This document shows positions 32,677 through 43,190 of a DNA stretch of 64,000 nt, piece after piece (position 1 is the first letter of the stretch; the number at the start of each line of letters is the position of its first letter). The stretch is from a plasmid, in sequence record NZ_CP128206.1; one strand, written 5' to 3'. A program made the position numbers and the translations under genes. A model generated the notes under the pieces. The model made no database searches and had not been told where the DNA came from. It saw nothing but the letters and a program-made list of their open reading frames with translations.

Positions 32677-33134
32677 TATTTGGCTGTGATCATTGACCTT
32701 TACTCACGACAAGTAATAGGCTGGTCGATGGATACGAGGATGACGGCAACACTGGTCTGCGATGCATTATCAATGGCTCGTTCCGTCGAGGCTTCCCAGA
32801 GGAAGTTATTGTTCATAGTGATCGGGGTAGCCAGTATTGCTCAAAAGATTATCGAGACCTCATAACTGCTTATAATCTAAAACAAAGTATGAGTAGGAAA
32901 GGAAACTGCTGGGACAATGCTTGTGTTGAGAGCTTCTTTCATTCGATGAAAGTAGAAGCGATTCAATACGAACCGATAATGACGAGAGATGAGATGCGCC
33001 AAACGGTCTTCGAGTACATAGAGGTTGATTATAATCGGACGAGAAGGCACAGTGCTCTTGGATATCTAAGCCCAGTTAACTTTGAACAGCAAAATGTCGC
33101 TTAATGAAGTGTCCAGTCTGGCTGGAGCAGATCA
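32677..33134 (+). mobile_element. IS3-family element, right part (3' part of orfB and IRR)
   Basis: Begins with the TATTT duplication. OrfB resumes as [16 protein letters not shown]... (ORFs 32680-32865 and 32889-33104). IRR ends ...GGAGCAGATCA at 33134. Confidence 0.8.
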
Positions 33135-33703
33135 TCATTGGTGTTACCACTCAGTGCTTGCATGTAAACAGGAATACCTGCTTGGTTTTCACAGATGAGT
33201 TCAAGCACGACTTGGTTAAGCTCTGGCCTATGATCCCGACTATAACCTCTTACAAGCTTAATCACGTTGGTGTTTTCATCTTGTGCATACTCACCATCAA
33301 CGTGGAAGCTAGTGATATCAAGATGAACAGAATCGGTCGTCAAGCCCAGTTTATCAACAACACGCTCAGCAATAACCTGATAGAGCGCTGAGACATCGGC
33401 TTCGTATAGAGCATCTAATGTGCGGCCTAGTACATCATCAGTCAGGTGGTGTGCTTCAATGTCTTTGGCGAGTAGCTTAGATACAGGCTTGGTCTTAAAA
33501 AAGTCCGAGAACATGTGCAGTGTTCTGCTATGAAAGCCAAGTCCATTTAGGAGCATGGCCAATACCGCGTCACCATGAGAAACATTGTGGTCAGAATATT
33601 TTGGGATAACGGCATCTATCATCCGTGGCAGGCCAATTTCGTGACAAAAGGCGGCAATGAGACCAAGGTGATCTAAGCGTTTAATAACAGGATGGGTAGA
33701 CAT
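33135..33703 (-). pseudogene. IS4/IS1634-like transposase (DUF4277) N-terminal fragment, truncated by the IS3 insertion
   Basis: About 190 aa are native. The last 11 residues of the predicted ORF are encoded by the IS3 IR. Confidence 0.65.
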
Positions 33704-33819
33704 ATTTTGAGACCGTCAAATAGCAGTAATAGATCAAAACTGTCGATCGCGGTCAAGATGGTGTCGTAGTTTTTATGAAAAGCTGATCGCCAGATCACAC
33801 TATTTAAATTCTGGAATTA

Positions 33820-33939
33820 GCTGCGGAATAACGGATAGAATGGTCCATCACTGGCATGGGCGGGCAAGATGAATAGCAAGAAAATAATGATTGGGATGGT
33901 CACCCATGGGATGAACCAAGGGAACAAGGGGGTTCTCAT
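33820..33939 (-). CDS. Small hydrophobic protein, 39 aa (MRTPLFPWFIPWVTIPIIIFLLFILPAHASDGPFYPLFRS)
   Basis: Not in the ORF track because it is under 60 aa. A GGAG Shine-Dalgarno lies 7 nt upstream. Single TM helix. Confidence 0.3.
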
Positions 33940-34241
33940 TGTCAGCTCCAGAAAATTTCATAGAGCTAACATGCTAATGATCCCGGTAAGAGCGATTGGC
34001 CAGATAGATGAATGAATCGTGTGTTTTTCTGACTAGCTGTTGTGACCAGTAACAACAGCTAATTTTAACGAGCCAAATTTATGATTGGACCGCTTTGAGC
34101 GAATTGCGGAAATTTCTCTTCGTATCATAGTGCTCATTCAAAAGTATGCTTTGTTTGATATAGCGGGCATTACCTTTTCGGATTTTATTGCCCATAAACT
34201 ACTAAATTAAAACCCGCTTAATGTACCTTACTAATTATCTT

Positions 34242-37200
34242 TTAAAAATGCAGCTCTTCTATCCGACACGGTTTTCCGTATAAATAGCCTTGATAGGTGT
34301 GACACCCCATACTCTGCAATAACGCGCGCTGAGCTTCTGTTTCAACACCCTCAGCTATGACTTGCAGTTCAATTGAGTCGGCTAATGTTATAACTGCCTG
34401 AGCGATGGCCCTATCATTACTGCTATTGATAATATCTCGAACAAACCCTTGGTCAATTTTCAACTGATTTATAGGCAATTGTTTTAAGTAGGATAAGGAT
34501 GAATAGCCTGTACCAAAATCATCGATTGAAAAAGTCACGCCGTGCTGCTGCAACTCTTTCATCTTAGCTTTAACATCAGGAATGTTATTTGCGAGCAACG
34601 TTTCCGTAATTTCCAGCTTTAGCAACTGTGGATTTGCACCTGAGGTTTTCAATGCATTTAAAACAGTCTGAACAAAATTATCTTTGCTAAATTGAACTAC
34701 GCTTATGTTAACCGCAATGCTTAGGTGTTGTTTTTCGGATTCTAAAGACCATTTTGCCAGAGTGGCGCAAGCTTCCTCTAGCACCCACTCGCCAATGGGC
34801 ACAATAAGACCTGTTTCCTCCGCTAATGGGATAAATTGCAGTGGCGACACCATGCCTTTTTCTGGGTGTATCCAGCGTAACAATACCTCAACACCAATAC
34901 ACTGCTTCAGGTGATTGACCTGTTTTTGATAGAAAAGTACAAATTGTTGGCTTTGTATTGCGGAGTATAAATCACTCACAATTGACGCTCTTGAGCTTAC
35001 TGAGACTTGCATTTGCGGGTCAAAAAACTGCACACCATTTCGGCCAGCATATTTAGCCTTGTACATAGCCATATCAGCTTGCTTTAACAAATCTTCTTTG
35101 GGTAGATTTTCACTGTTAAAAAGTGTTACACCAATGCTTGCCGAACTATTGTAAGTTAGACCGTCAAGATTATATTCCCTTGTTAAATTACTCACGATTT
35201 TTTGTGCAAGCCTCTCAGCCTGGTTCGCTGCTAATGTTGGTTCATGACTTAAATCTGATGCAATAATAACAAACTCATCGCCGCCTAAACGCGCTACGGT
35301 ATCACCTTGTCTCACTGAGTTAACAAGACGCTCAGCGACCTGACCCAACAGCAAATCACCTTTATTATGACCAGCACTATCATTAAGGTTTTTAAAGTTA
35401 TCTAAATCAAGAAAAAATAATGCTGAGAAGTTCCTTGTACGAACGCTATGATTTATAGCTTCCGTCAATCTGTCCAACAACAGACGTCGATTAGGTAGCA
35501 ATGTTAATGGGTCATAAAATGCTAACTGGTGAATTTCATTTTCACGTTGTTTACGCTCAGTGATATCCCTGACAACACCGATAAAGTTAACTTCACCAGC
35601 CATTTGAACTTCAACTATACTAAGCTCGATTGGAAACATAGAACCATCTTTGCGCAAGGCCTCAAGCTCACGAATACGCCCAGTAATCTCACTGACACCA
35701 CGTTCTATATAATTTGATAAGTAGCTATCGTGATGCTCTCGATGAGGTGACCCCATCAACATGCTAATATTTTTGCCAAGCGTTTCATCTTCCGTATAGC
35801 CGAAGATTTCCTGTGCGGCTTGGTTAAATGTCAGAATTTTACCACGACCATCAATAGTAATAATGCCATCAAGCAACCCTTCAACAACAGCTTCCATCTG
35901 CCTTGACTTATCACTAAGCGCTTTTTCTGCAATTATTTGGTCATTGATATCAAAGTGTGTACCCAATAACCATAGAGCTTTGCCATCATATATCCTTGAA
36001 GAAATACGCCCTCTGGTGTTTATCCATATCCATTCACCATTTTTGTGTTTCATACGAAGATTGGCTTCATATATGGGTATTAGGCCTGACACGTGCTTTT
36101 CAAGAATAGTTGTACAATAAGCCAGGTCATCAGGATGCGTTAGCCTTTCCCACGTGTATCTGTTTGCAGGTAATAGCTCAGAAAGTGTGTAACCCAGTAA
36201 TGCGGCCCATTTATCATTGATAATCAACTCGCCTGTTTGAATATTAAAATGCCATGTGCCTATATTGTTAGCGTCTATTACGGCCTTAAGTAAATTCTGA
36301 CTGTTCCTTATGAGCTCTTCATCCTGTTTCTCTTTTGTAATATCTGTTTCAATTGCAATATAGCCGCTCAAACTACCACTTTCACTAAACAGCGGGTTAC
36401 AAGCTATTCTCACCCAGTAGGAATTTTGCGCTTTTGAATAATTTACAACATCAACATTAAAGCCGTTCTGTTGAGCAAGCGCATCTCTCATTATTGCAAC
36501 AGTTGCCGGATCAGTGTCTTCCCCTTGTAATAACTCCCCAGGCTTTTTACCCTGCATTTCTTCAATGCTATATCCTGTAAGAAAGGAGAAGGCTTCATTA
36601 ATCCATATAACTCGACCTTTGACATCAGTTATTACCACACCATTGGTTGTCTGCCTTGCAACTTCAGAAAGGCGTCTTATTTCTGACTGCGCTTCAACTT
36701 GTGCAGAGGTATTACGAATGACCACTAATACTTCATTATCATCAATCTTTTTGTATCGGGCTTCGAACGATTGATTTGACTTTTCAAACGTGTAGTTATG
36801 ATGAATCACATCGTTGTTACAAAAGGCTTGCTTGAGGCACTCTACGAGTTGATGACCTAGCTCATTGGGTAGTATCTCATGAACGGTACGCCCCAAAATC
36901 GCTTGTTGAGGTTTAAGTAAGTCAGGATGCTCTTTGCAAACCAAAAAACGAAAGTTTCGGTCAATAACAAATACCATATCAGGCAGTGTTGCCAGTATTG
37001 AGGTTGTTCTTGCCATGCCTTTTAAAAACTGCTCTTGAAGTCGAGCTTGATCTTCTTTGGCAATTTCATACTCAACCATGTCTGCAAATTCGCGCAGTTC
37101 TTGCTGCTCTTTTGCTGAAAAGTCTCTGGCCACGGAGTCAATTAGACATAGAGTGCCGATGGGTTGCCCACTTGTCTCTCGCAGCGGTGCACCCGCATAA

Positions 37201-37535
37201 AAACGAATATGCGGCGCGTGGGTTACTAAAGGATTTGACGAAAAGCGCTCATCTTTTGTTGCATCTGAAACAATTAAAATATCCTCATGCAATATCGCAT
37301 GGCCACAAAATGAGATATCACGGCCTGTTTCACAAGCGTCAAGACCCACTTTAGATTTAAACCATTGCCGGTCACTATCCACCAAAGAGATAAGGCATAT
37401 TGGCACTTTAAATACAGACGCGGCTAATCTTGTAATGCGGTCAAAGCGCTTCTCTGCTGGCGTATCCAGCAAATTACTTCGCTGTAATGCAAGTAAACGA
37501 GCAGCTTCATCAACAGGGAATTCAGGTGCGTTCAA
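34242..37535 (-). CDS. Multidomain c-di-GMP signalling protein: GAF, PAS repeats, GGDEF and EAL
   Basis: 1097 aa. GGDEF motif RLGGDEFVII. EAL-domain motifs (EITETLL, QLKIDQGFVRDI, ELQVIAEGVETE). Confidence 0.85.
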   Translation of the reverse strand: MNAPEFPVDEAARLLALQRSNLLDTPAEKRFDRITRLAASVFKVPICLISLVDSDRQWFKSKVGLDACETGRDISFCGHAILHEDILIVSDATKDERFSSNPLVTHAPHIRFYAGAPLRETSGQPIGTLCLIDSVARDFSAKEQQELREFADMVEYEIAKEDQARLQEQFLKGMARTTSILATLPDMVFVIDRNFRFLVCKEHPDLLKPQQAILGRTVHEILPNELGHQLVECLKQAFCNNDVIHHNYTFEKSNQSFEARYKKIDDNEVLVVIRNTSAQVEAQSEIRRLSEVARQTTNGVVITDVKGRVIWINEAFSFLTGYSIEEMQGKKPGELLQGEDTDPATVAIMRDALAQQNGFNVDVVNYSKAQNSYWVRIACNPLFSESGSLSGYIAIETDITKEKQDEELIRNSQNLLKAVIDANNIGTWHFNIQTGELIINDKWAALLGYTLSELLPANRYTWERLTHPDDLAYCTTILEKHVSGLIPIYEANLRMKHKNGEWIWINTRGRISSRIYDGKALWLLGTHFDINDQIIAEKALSDKSRQMEAVVEGLLDGIITIDGRGKILTFNQAAQEIFGYTEDETLGKNISMLMGSPHREHHDSYLSNYIERGVSEITGRIRELEALRKDGSMFPIELSIVEVQMAGEVNFIGVVRDITERKQRENEIHQLAFYDPLTLLPNRRLLLDRLTEAINHSVRTRNFSALFFLDLDNFKNLNDSAGHNKGDLLLGQVAERLVNSVRQGDTVARLGGDEFVIIASDLSHEPTLAANQAERLAQKIVSNLTREYNLDGLTYNSSASIGVTLFNSENLPKEDLLKQADMAMYKAKYAGRNGVQFFDPQMQVSVSSRASIVSDLYSAIQSQQFVLFYQKQVNHLKQCIGVEVLLRWIHPEKGMVSPLQFIPLAEETGLIVPIGEWVLEEACATLAKWSLESEKQHLSIAVNISVVQFSKDNFVQTVLNALKTSGANPQLLKLEITETLLANNIPDVKAKMKELQQHGVTFSIDDFGTGYSSLSYLKQLPINQLKIDQGFVRDIINSSNDRAIAQAVITLADSIELQVIAEGVETEAQRALLQSMGCHTYQGYLYGKPCRIEELHF

Positions 37536-37627
37536 AACGTTACTCCAATAATTTGCTGCTTAATCGATTATTATCAATTGTACTGCAAGAATACACTGTT
37601 AAATGTTTTAGGCTTTCACTTGAAAGA

Positions 37628-39181
37628 TTACCGCTTAAACCGTACTACCAGTTCATGAAGCTCATCAGCAATCTTGTTCAAATAAATAATCGTCTCTGAA
37701 AGCTGCATCGAGCTGTCATTACTTAAATCGGCAAGCGTTGAAATATTTACTATTTGCCGGTTAATGTCTTCAGCAACATGGGCTTGCTCTTCCACTGCTG
37801 CAGCCATTTGGGTCGACATAGAAGCGATTTGACCTATGGATTCTGAAATACCGCTTAACATTTTGCCGCTTTCAATAACATTAGAGAGTCCCTCTTCGGC
37901 ATCAATAGCGCCTGCATCAGCGATTTTTACGGCATCACCTGCTCGATGAGTTAACTCGGTGACGATACCGTAAATCTCTTTTGTCGACTCCTGAGTACGC
38001 CTTGCGAGATTTCTAACCTCATCTGCAACTACCGCAAAACCTCGCCCCTGCTCACCAGCACGAGCAGCTTCAATAGCGGCATTAAGCGCAAGAAGATTGG
38101 TTTGGTCGGCAATCTGCTCAATCATTTGTGCCGCATTGGCAATACGAGCGGTTTGTTCTGATACACCGCGAACAGAGCTACCAATTTGCTCTACCGTGAG
38201 TTTTAACTTTTGAATAGAGCCCCTGGTTACATTAGCCACCTCATTACCCTTCGAGGCAAGATGATTAGCGGTGTCAGCCTGTATTGCAGTATCACTGACA
38301 TGCTTAGATACTTCAGCAATAGTCGTCGACATTTCGTTCATCGCGGTGGCGACTTGCATCGTTTCAGACTGCTGACTCTCTATATCTTTTCGCGTTTTTG
38401 CTGTGAGCTCCGCGCCTTTTTCAGACTCTTTGGCAACGACAAGCGCTGCACTTTCTATGCGGGTAATCACCGTGCCTAAATGCGCTAACTGACTCAGAAT
38501 AGCCACTTTTAGCTTACCTAAATCACCTGTTTCATCAGTGTAACTTTGTACTGCAAGTTCATCTGAAAATGCAAGATTGAGCATCTCGTTTAATGCATTC
38601 AGGGTTTTCTTTCTATTTAATGAGACCCAAAAGGCAAAGATGATGACAGAGACAAGCAAAGCTAACTCAGAAAGCTCTTTGAAACCGAAGCCAAATAAAC
38701 CAGCACAAATGGCGATAGATAAGATTAAAAAAGCATTTTCAAGTGATATGGGTAAAGCGGCGCGTTTCGTTTTGCCGGCATTGATATCACGATACAGCTT
38801 AGCTGCTCGTTCAACGTCTTGTCTTGATGGACAAGAGCGCACAGACTCATAACCGATCACCTTACCGTTCTGTGTTACTGGCGTAACATAAGCGTTTACC
38901 CAGTAAAAATCGCCATTTTTACAACGATTTTTCACCAAGCCCATCCAAGGTTTTCCAGCTTTGAGGTAATGCCACATTTTTTCATATGCCTCTGAAGGCA
39001 TATCAGGGTGCCTCACCACATTGTGAGGCTGCCCTATTAGCTCATGTTTTTCAAAACCACTGACTTCAACAAAGGCATCATTGCACTCAAGAATAGTCCC
39101 TTGAGTATCCGTGACTGAAATTAACTTAGTATTGCTTCCGAACGTTTTTTCTCTATCAGTAACAGGAAGGTTTTTACGCAT
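37628..39181 (-). CDS. Methyl-accepting chemotaxis protein with an N-terminal PAS (Aer-like) sensor
   Basis: 517 aa. PAS domain, two TM helices, and MCP signalling domain with the highly conserved [31 protein letters not shown]. Confidence 0.85.
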   Translation of the reverse strand: MRKNLPVTDREKTFGSNTKLISVTDTQGTILECNDAFVEVSGFEKHELIGQPHNVVRHPDMPSEAYEKMWHYLKAGKPWMGLVKNRCKNGDFYWVNAYVTPVTQNGKVIGYESVRSCPSRQDVERAAKLYRDINAGKTKRAALPISLENAFLILSIAICAGLFGFGFKELSELALLVSVIIFAFWVSLNRKKTLNALNEMLNLAFSDELAVQSYTDETGDLGKLKVAILSQLAHLGTVITRIESAALVVAKESEKGAELTAKTRKDIESQQSETMQVATAMNEMSTTIAEVSKHVSDTAIQADTANHLASKGNEVANVTRGSIQKLKLTVEQIGSSVRGVSEQTARIANAAQMIEQIADQTNLLALNAAIEAARAGEQGRGFAVVADEVRNLARRTQESTKEIYGIVTELTHRAGDAVKIADAGAIDAEEGLSNVIESGKMLSGISESIGQIASMSTQMAAAVEEQAHVAEDINRQIVNISTLADLSNDSSMQLSETIIYLNKIADELHELVVRFKR

Positions 39182-39537
39182 GAATGTTCCTTATCGCAAA
39201 GTATTGAAAAACTAACCTAAATTGTAATATGGCGAGTTACTTAAAAATAGATAGTTAAAGCTCAAGATTCTCTGCAGACGCCAACGCACCTTGCCCATCA
39301 ATCCCCAAATAGCGCACCGTACTCTCAATTTTATGAAATAAATTTTTATAGTGGCTTCCCGACATTTTGAGAAACCATGACGTCTGGCCACTTGGTATTG
39401 ATACAAAGCTCTCTAAAATAAAGTTCAAAAAAATACACGAATTGAGGAAGGCTTAATCAGTGAATTCCGCTCTGCAACCGAAAGCTGACGTTCGTTGTGA
39501 AAGACTGAAATGTCAGCAACTGGCACATAAGTAATAT

Positions 39538-39772
39538 TGATCTGCTCCAGCCAGACTGGACACTTCATTAAGCGACATTTTGCTGTTCAAAGTTAACTGG
39601 GCTTAGATACCCAAGAGCACTGTGCCTTCTCGTCCGATTATAATCAACCTCTATGTACTCGAAGACCGTTTGGCGCATCTCATCTCTCGTCATTATCGGT
39701 TCGTATTGAATCGCTTCTACTTTCATCGAATGAAAGAAGCTCTCAACACAAGCATTGTCCCAGCAGTTTCCT
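39538..39772 (-). mobile_element. Partial second copy of the IS3-family element (last about 235 bp with IRR), inverted relative to copy 1
   Basis: 39538-39772 is the reverse complement of about 32900-33134. ORF 39568-39840 is a fusion of the orfB C-terminus with unrelated upstream codons. Confidence 0.7.
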
Positions 39773-39912
39773 TTTCCCCGCTCCGGCATAAGCGAATCCC
39801 TTAACATTATCACCCGCCTGAACCGCATCAATGATGTCATTCATTTCCGGCGTAAGGTTGTGTTCTCCAATTGTTCGTTCTGAACTTTTTATTTCCATAT
39901 ATCACCTGCCTT

Positions 39913-40473
39913 TTAACTTAGTTTTTCTTTATAGCCTTTTATCGATGCGGTTATTGGTATTACCCTCTCTTTGATTGGAATCGATTTTAATGGCTCATGA
40001 GAATGTTTTGAAGCAGCAAGCAGATGAAAGTGTGATTTCATCAAATTCTTAACCACGCTTCGATGAGAATAAAGAACATCTTCCATCTCTTCTATCATCT
40101 CCAATTCCCATTCACGAGCATGTTTGAACTGTGCGCGTTTGTATTTACCCTCCCTCGGTGTTGCAATGGCTTTGACTACGCGAATTGTTTTACTCCCACG
40201 CTTAACAAATTGAACCCTAATCCATCGGCATGTGAATGCAATGCCAGTAAATTCCAAACGAAACTCGTAATTCGTTGATTCAGTCCGTCTGCTGGCATCA
40301 CCTCGACGGCTAAGCTCTCGCTCCGCCACCTTGCGCATCCAGATTGAATGCACAATCTTAGCTCCCTCGTATTCTCTGTCTATCTGTGCGTATATTGCCG
40401 CTTGTATTGCTGCAAATGACATCTTTAAACGATCTCCATTATGCTTAAAGTTGTTTTCAACAAATTTTACCAT
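39913..40473 (-). CDS. Hypothetical basic protein, 186 aa. Possibly a replication or partition-related DNA-binding protein.
   Basis: ORF with good coding appearance. No motif recognised with certainty. Confidence 0.35.
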   Translation of the reverse strand: MVKFVENNFKHNGDRLKMSFAAIQAAIYAQIDREYEGAKIVHSIWMRKVAERELSRRGDASRRTESTNYEFRLEFTGIAFTCRWIRVQFVKRGSKTIRVVKAIATPREGKYKRAQFKHAREWELEMIEEMEDVLYSHRSVVKNLMKSHFHLLAASKHSHEPLKSIPIKERVIPITASIKGYKEKLS

Positions 40474-40924
40474 AACAAATGTAGTAACAAAATGTAGTTA
40501 CATTTTGTACTAACAAGTTAAGGACAAAATAGCATGATTTTTTGTACTATAAGTCATAGGCGACCTTCGACTCGCTTGGTCGGATCGCCAGATGGGATGA
40601 AATGATCGCCAAATCTGGCTTGGTGCTGGTAGTGATAGCTGTCCAAGATGAGGCGTTTTTCTGGTTGGCTACAGAGGTGATGTGTACTGGCAATTTAACA
40701 TAATTACTTATATCTTTGCGATTTTGGAATTATTTTTGATGTGGTAGGATTAATTTAATTCTAATTTATTAATGGATGGATATGTTTATGGAAGGTATAG
40801 TTGTGTTGGTTATTATGTATTTTTGGATGCGATTTGTTTTTAAACTTATCATTCCTCGCTGTAATTCTTTTAGGAAGTTTATTTGGTATTGTATGCTAGG
40901 GATTTTTTAAAATTGAGGTGGAAC

Positions 40925-41173
40925 ATGAGTAAAATAATTCATATTTTTATTTGTATTTTTGCAGTGGTTGTGAATTTTACAACGGCTTTTGCAAGCACAA
41001 ATCTTTTGAGTGATGATGGTGATAAGTTGTTGGTCGAATCAATTGTGTCATCAACTTTTGGTAACTCGGATAACCTATCATCTATCAGTGACTACAATAT
41101 TCATAACGCAAAAATAAAAGCGGCAGAATTTACAGGTGAAGTGAATATGTCGACTCCCGCACTAAGGTTGTGA
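40925..41173 (+). CDS. Small secreted protein, 82 aa. Possibly frameshifted, since a downstream frame continues to 41333.
   Basis: GAGGTGG SD precedes ATG 40925. Signal peptide MSKIIHIFICIFAVVVNFTTAFA. A second frame 41160-41333 encodes a plausible continuation. Confidence 0.35.
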   Translation: MSKIIHIFICIFAVVVNFTTAFASTNLLSDDGDKLLVESIVSSTFGNSDNLSSISDYNIHNAKIKAAEFTGEVNMSTPALRL

Positions 41174-41496
41174 ACGGACGTATTTCTAAGCAACAGGTTA
41201 GAGTCATTTCTTCCAGTTATGTGCGACTCGTCTCATTGGATGAACGCAAAGCGGTAGATGATTTGGGTAATTTTACTCTGACCTCAATTGCTACGTTTGA
41301 GTTAAGAAAATCTGATGTCATGAATCATGATTAAAAGACTTAAAAATGAGGAAGATTTACTTGATAGAATTCAAAGTTTACAATCAAAAAATGATGAACT
41401 TATGTTGATTATTGAACGTCTATCGTCTGGTGTTAATTTTGCTTTTCTAGCACTACCGGTTCGTACACTGCTTCTTCTACCGCTTGGTTTTCTGTT

Positions 41497-42615
41497 TCAC
41501 CAAGCTTGGTTTTCTGTTTCACCAAGATCGAAGCTGAAATCGTCATCGCTGAACGCGAAGTCTGATTCTGGCTCTTCACTGGTTTCAATCGCCGTCTGTT
41601 CAGCCGAGAGAACCGCATCACTGGTCACAGTGGTTTGGTCATCAATGGTTGAATCCCCAAGATCGAAGCTGAAATCATCATCGTTGAACGCGAAGTCTGA
41701 TTCTGGCTCTTTCATTGGTTCCAACGGTCCCGCATTCTGAGGTTCGGATTGAACGCTCGCCATTGCAGGTTGATTGGTTGATGCTTCTTGCAGACTCTTC
41801 ATGAGAGTGAGCAATTTTTCCTTATTTGCCATACGAAACAGTAATCCAGACAGGATGTTGGTTTCGTCAGTGGACAGCTTACCCGCAATCGGCATTTGCT
41901 CTTCGACCTTTTTGATTTCCTGAACAAGTCGAGAAAATCGGCCATTGAGAAACGCTAACCCTTCCACCTTTTCTCGCAATCCGACTAGGCCGTTTACGTT
42001 GGTGCGGTTGGGTGCAATCGCGTCTGTTAAGCTGGATAAAAGCTTATTCGCAGTTTTCAAAATGTCGTCATCAAGAGAATTGCTTAAACCATCGATCTCT
42101 TTGCCCATGCTGATGTCCACAGACTGAACCGCAGCTTGAGCCGATTGCACTTTGAACATTGAGTAGCTTGCTGAGATTTTGCTTTTGACTTCTTGTGCCG
42201 GTGTTAATGCGGCGCGAAGTTTTTGCTCATACTCAGGATACTTTTTAACCCATTCATCTTGGATTAAATCGTGTCGAGAACAATACGCGTCAGCTTCTTT
42301 TTCGTAGTCATGAACAATTTTGCTCAATCCTAACGCCAAAGCATCGGCCTTGGAGGACGGTATCGCATAGCCACCCATAAATCGGATGCCTACACTCAGA
42401 CACAAACGCTCCGCTTGACGTTTCAGGGTATTAAATACCTTGAGGTCTTTGGGGTCAGTTGTGTATTTCGAACCTAAAGAGATGATCTCTTTCGGCGGGG
42501 TTTCCCCACGAAGAGATAAGTCGCTTTCTGCCAACTTTTTCCGACCTGTCCAGGTTGAAAAACGTAAGTGAACGGCGACGACATCGTTTAGAACGTTGAT
42601 GTTTGAATTGCTCAT
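41497..42615 (-). CDS. DUF3150-like protein with a duplicated acidic C-terminal motif EPESDFAF(N/S)DDDFSFDLG
   Basis: 372 aa. Family assignment is from memory of proteins that accompany CobS-like ATPases in SXT/IncC backbones. 60-bp direct repeat in the DNA at 41527-41590 and 41644-41707. Confidence 0.5.
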   Translation of the reverse strand: MSNSNINVLNDVVAVHLRFSTWTGRKKLAESDLSLRGETPPKEIISLGSKYTTDPKDLKVFNTLKRQAERLCLSVGIRFMGGYAIPSSKADALALGLSKIVHDYEKEADAYCSRHDLIQDEWVKKYPEYEQKLRAALTPAQEVKSKISASYSMFKVQSAQAAVQSVDISMGKEIDGLSNSLDDDILKTANKLLSSLTDAIAPNRTNVNGLVGLREKVEGLAFLNGRFSRLVQEIKKVEEQMPIAGKLSTDETNILSGLLFRMANKEKLLTLMKSLQEASTNQPAMASVQSEPQNAGPLEPMKEPESDFAFNDDDFSFDLGDSTIDDQTTVTSDAVLSAEQTAIETSEEPESDFAFSDDDFSFDLGETENQAW

Positions 42616-42886
42616 AATGGTATCTCCAATTTTTGATATAAAAAAAAGGACATACCATTACCCGCTAGGGCAAATGATATGCCCTATGGCGGTGTAGAAA
42701 TGTAGATAAGTCGCGCTAAACGCTAGGACTTATCTTTCTTTTTCAGTGCTTTTTTGCGAGTTGTCTGTCGCACCAAGCGTTGATTTGAGGGGAATAAAGA
42801 GCCACTAAACTGACTATTAATCCACCAGCGATAATCACAAATAAACCATTCATGATGATCTCCTTGTTTATGTTCTATGCCAAATA

Positions 42887-43132
42887 TTACTCTTGTTTTA
42901 ACTTTTTCGCAAAAACAGTGAATACAATACCTGACACGATTAGAGCGGCCATCTTCACATCGATACCCGTTTGGATCGCATAGACGTAGGAGCCAGTGTA
43001 ACCAGCTATGCCTAAATTCCCCACATGAGTACCAATTTCCTTCCGATGGCAAATTATCCAACCTGAACATTTCTTGATTTGTGCAACAAACCAAAGATAG
43101 GCAATCACATAATCGAACATGTATAACTCCAT
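42887..43132 (-). CDS. Small membrane protein, 81 aa, two TM helices
   Basis: ORF between the AAA ATPase and DUF3150 genes on the same strand. Confidence 0.4.
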   Translation of the reverse strand: MELYMFDYVIAYLWFVAQIKKCSGWIICHRKEIGTHVGNLGIAGYTGSYVYAIQTGIDVKMAALIVSGIVFTVFAKKLKQE

Positions 43133-43190
43133 AAATTATTATGGAGTACCTACCCACACGGGATAGATACCCCGCGTGGGTTAAAGCTGC

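Noticed and set aside
33101-33141. C-terminal 11 residues of the 200-aa IS4-like ORF
   Set aside because: These codons are the IS3 right inverted repeat, which is also present at 39538. The IS4-like gene is truncated at 33135.
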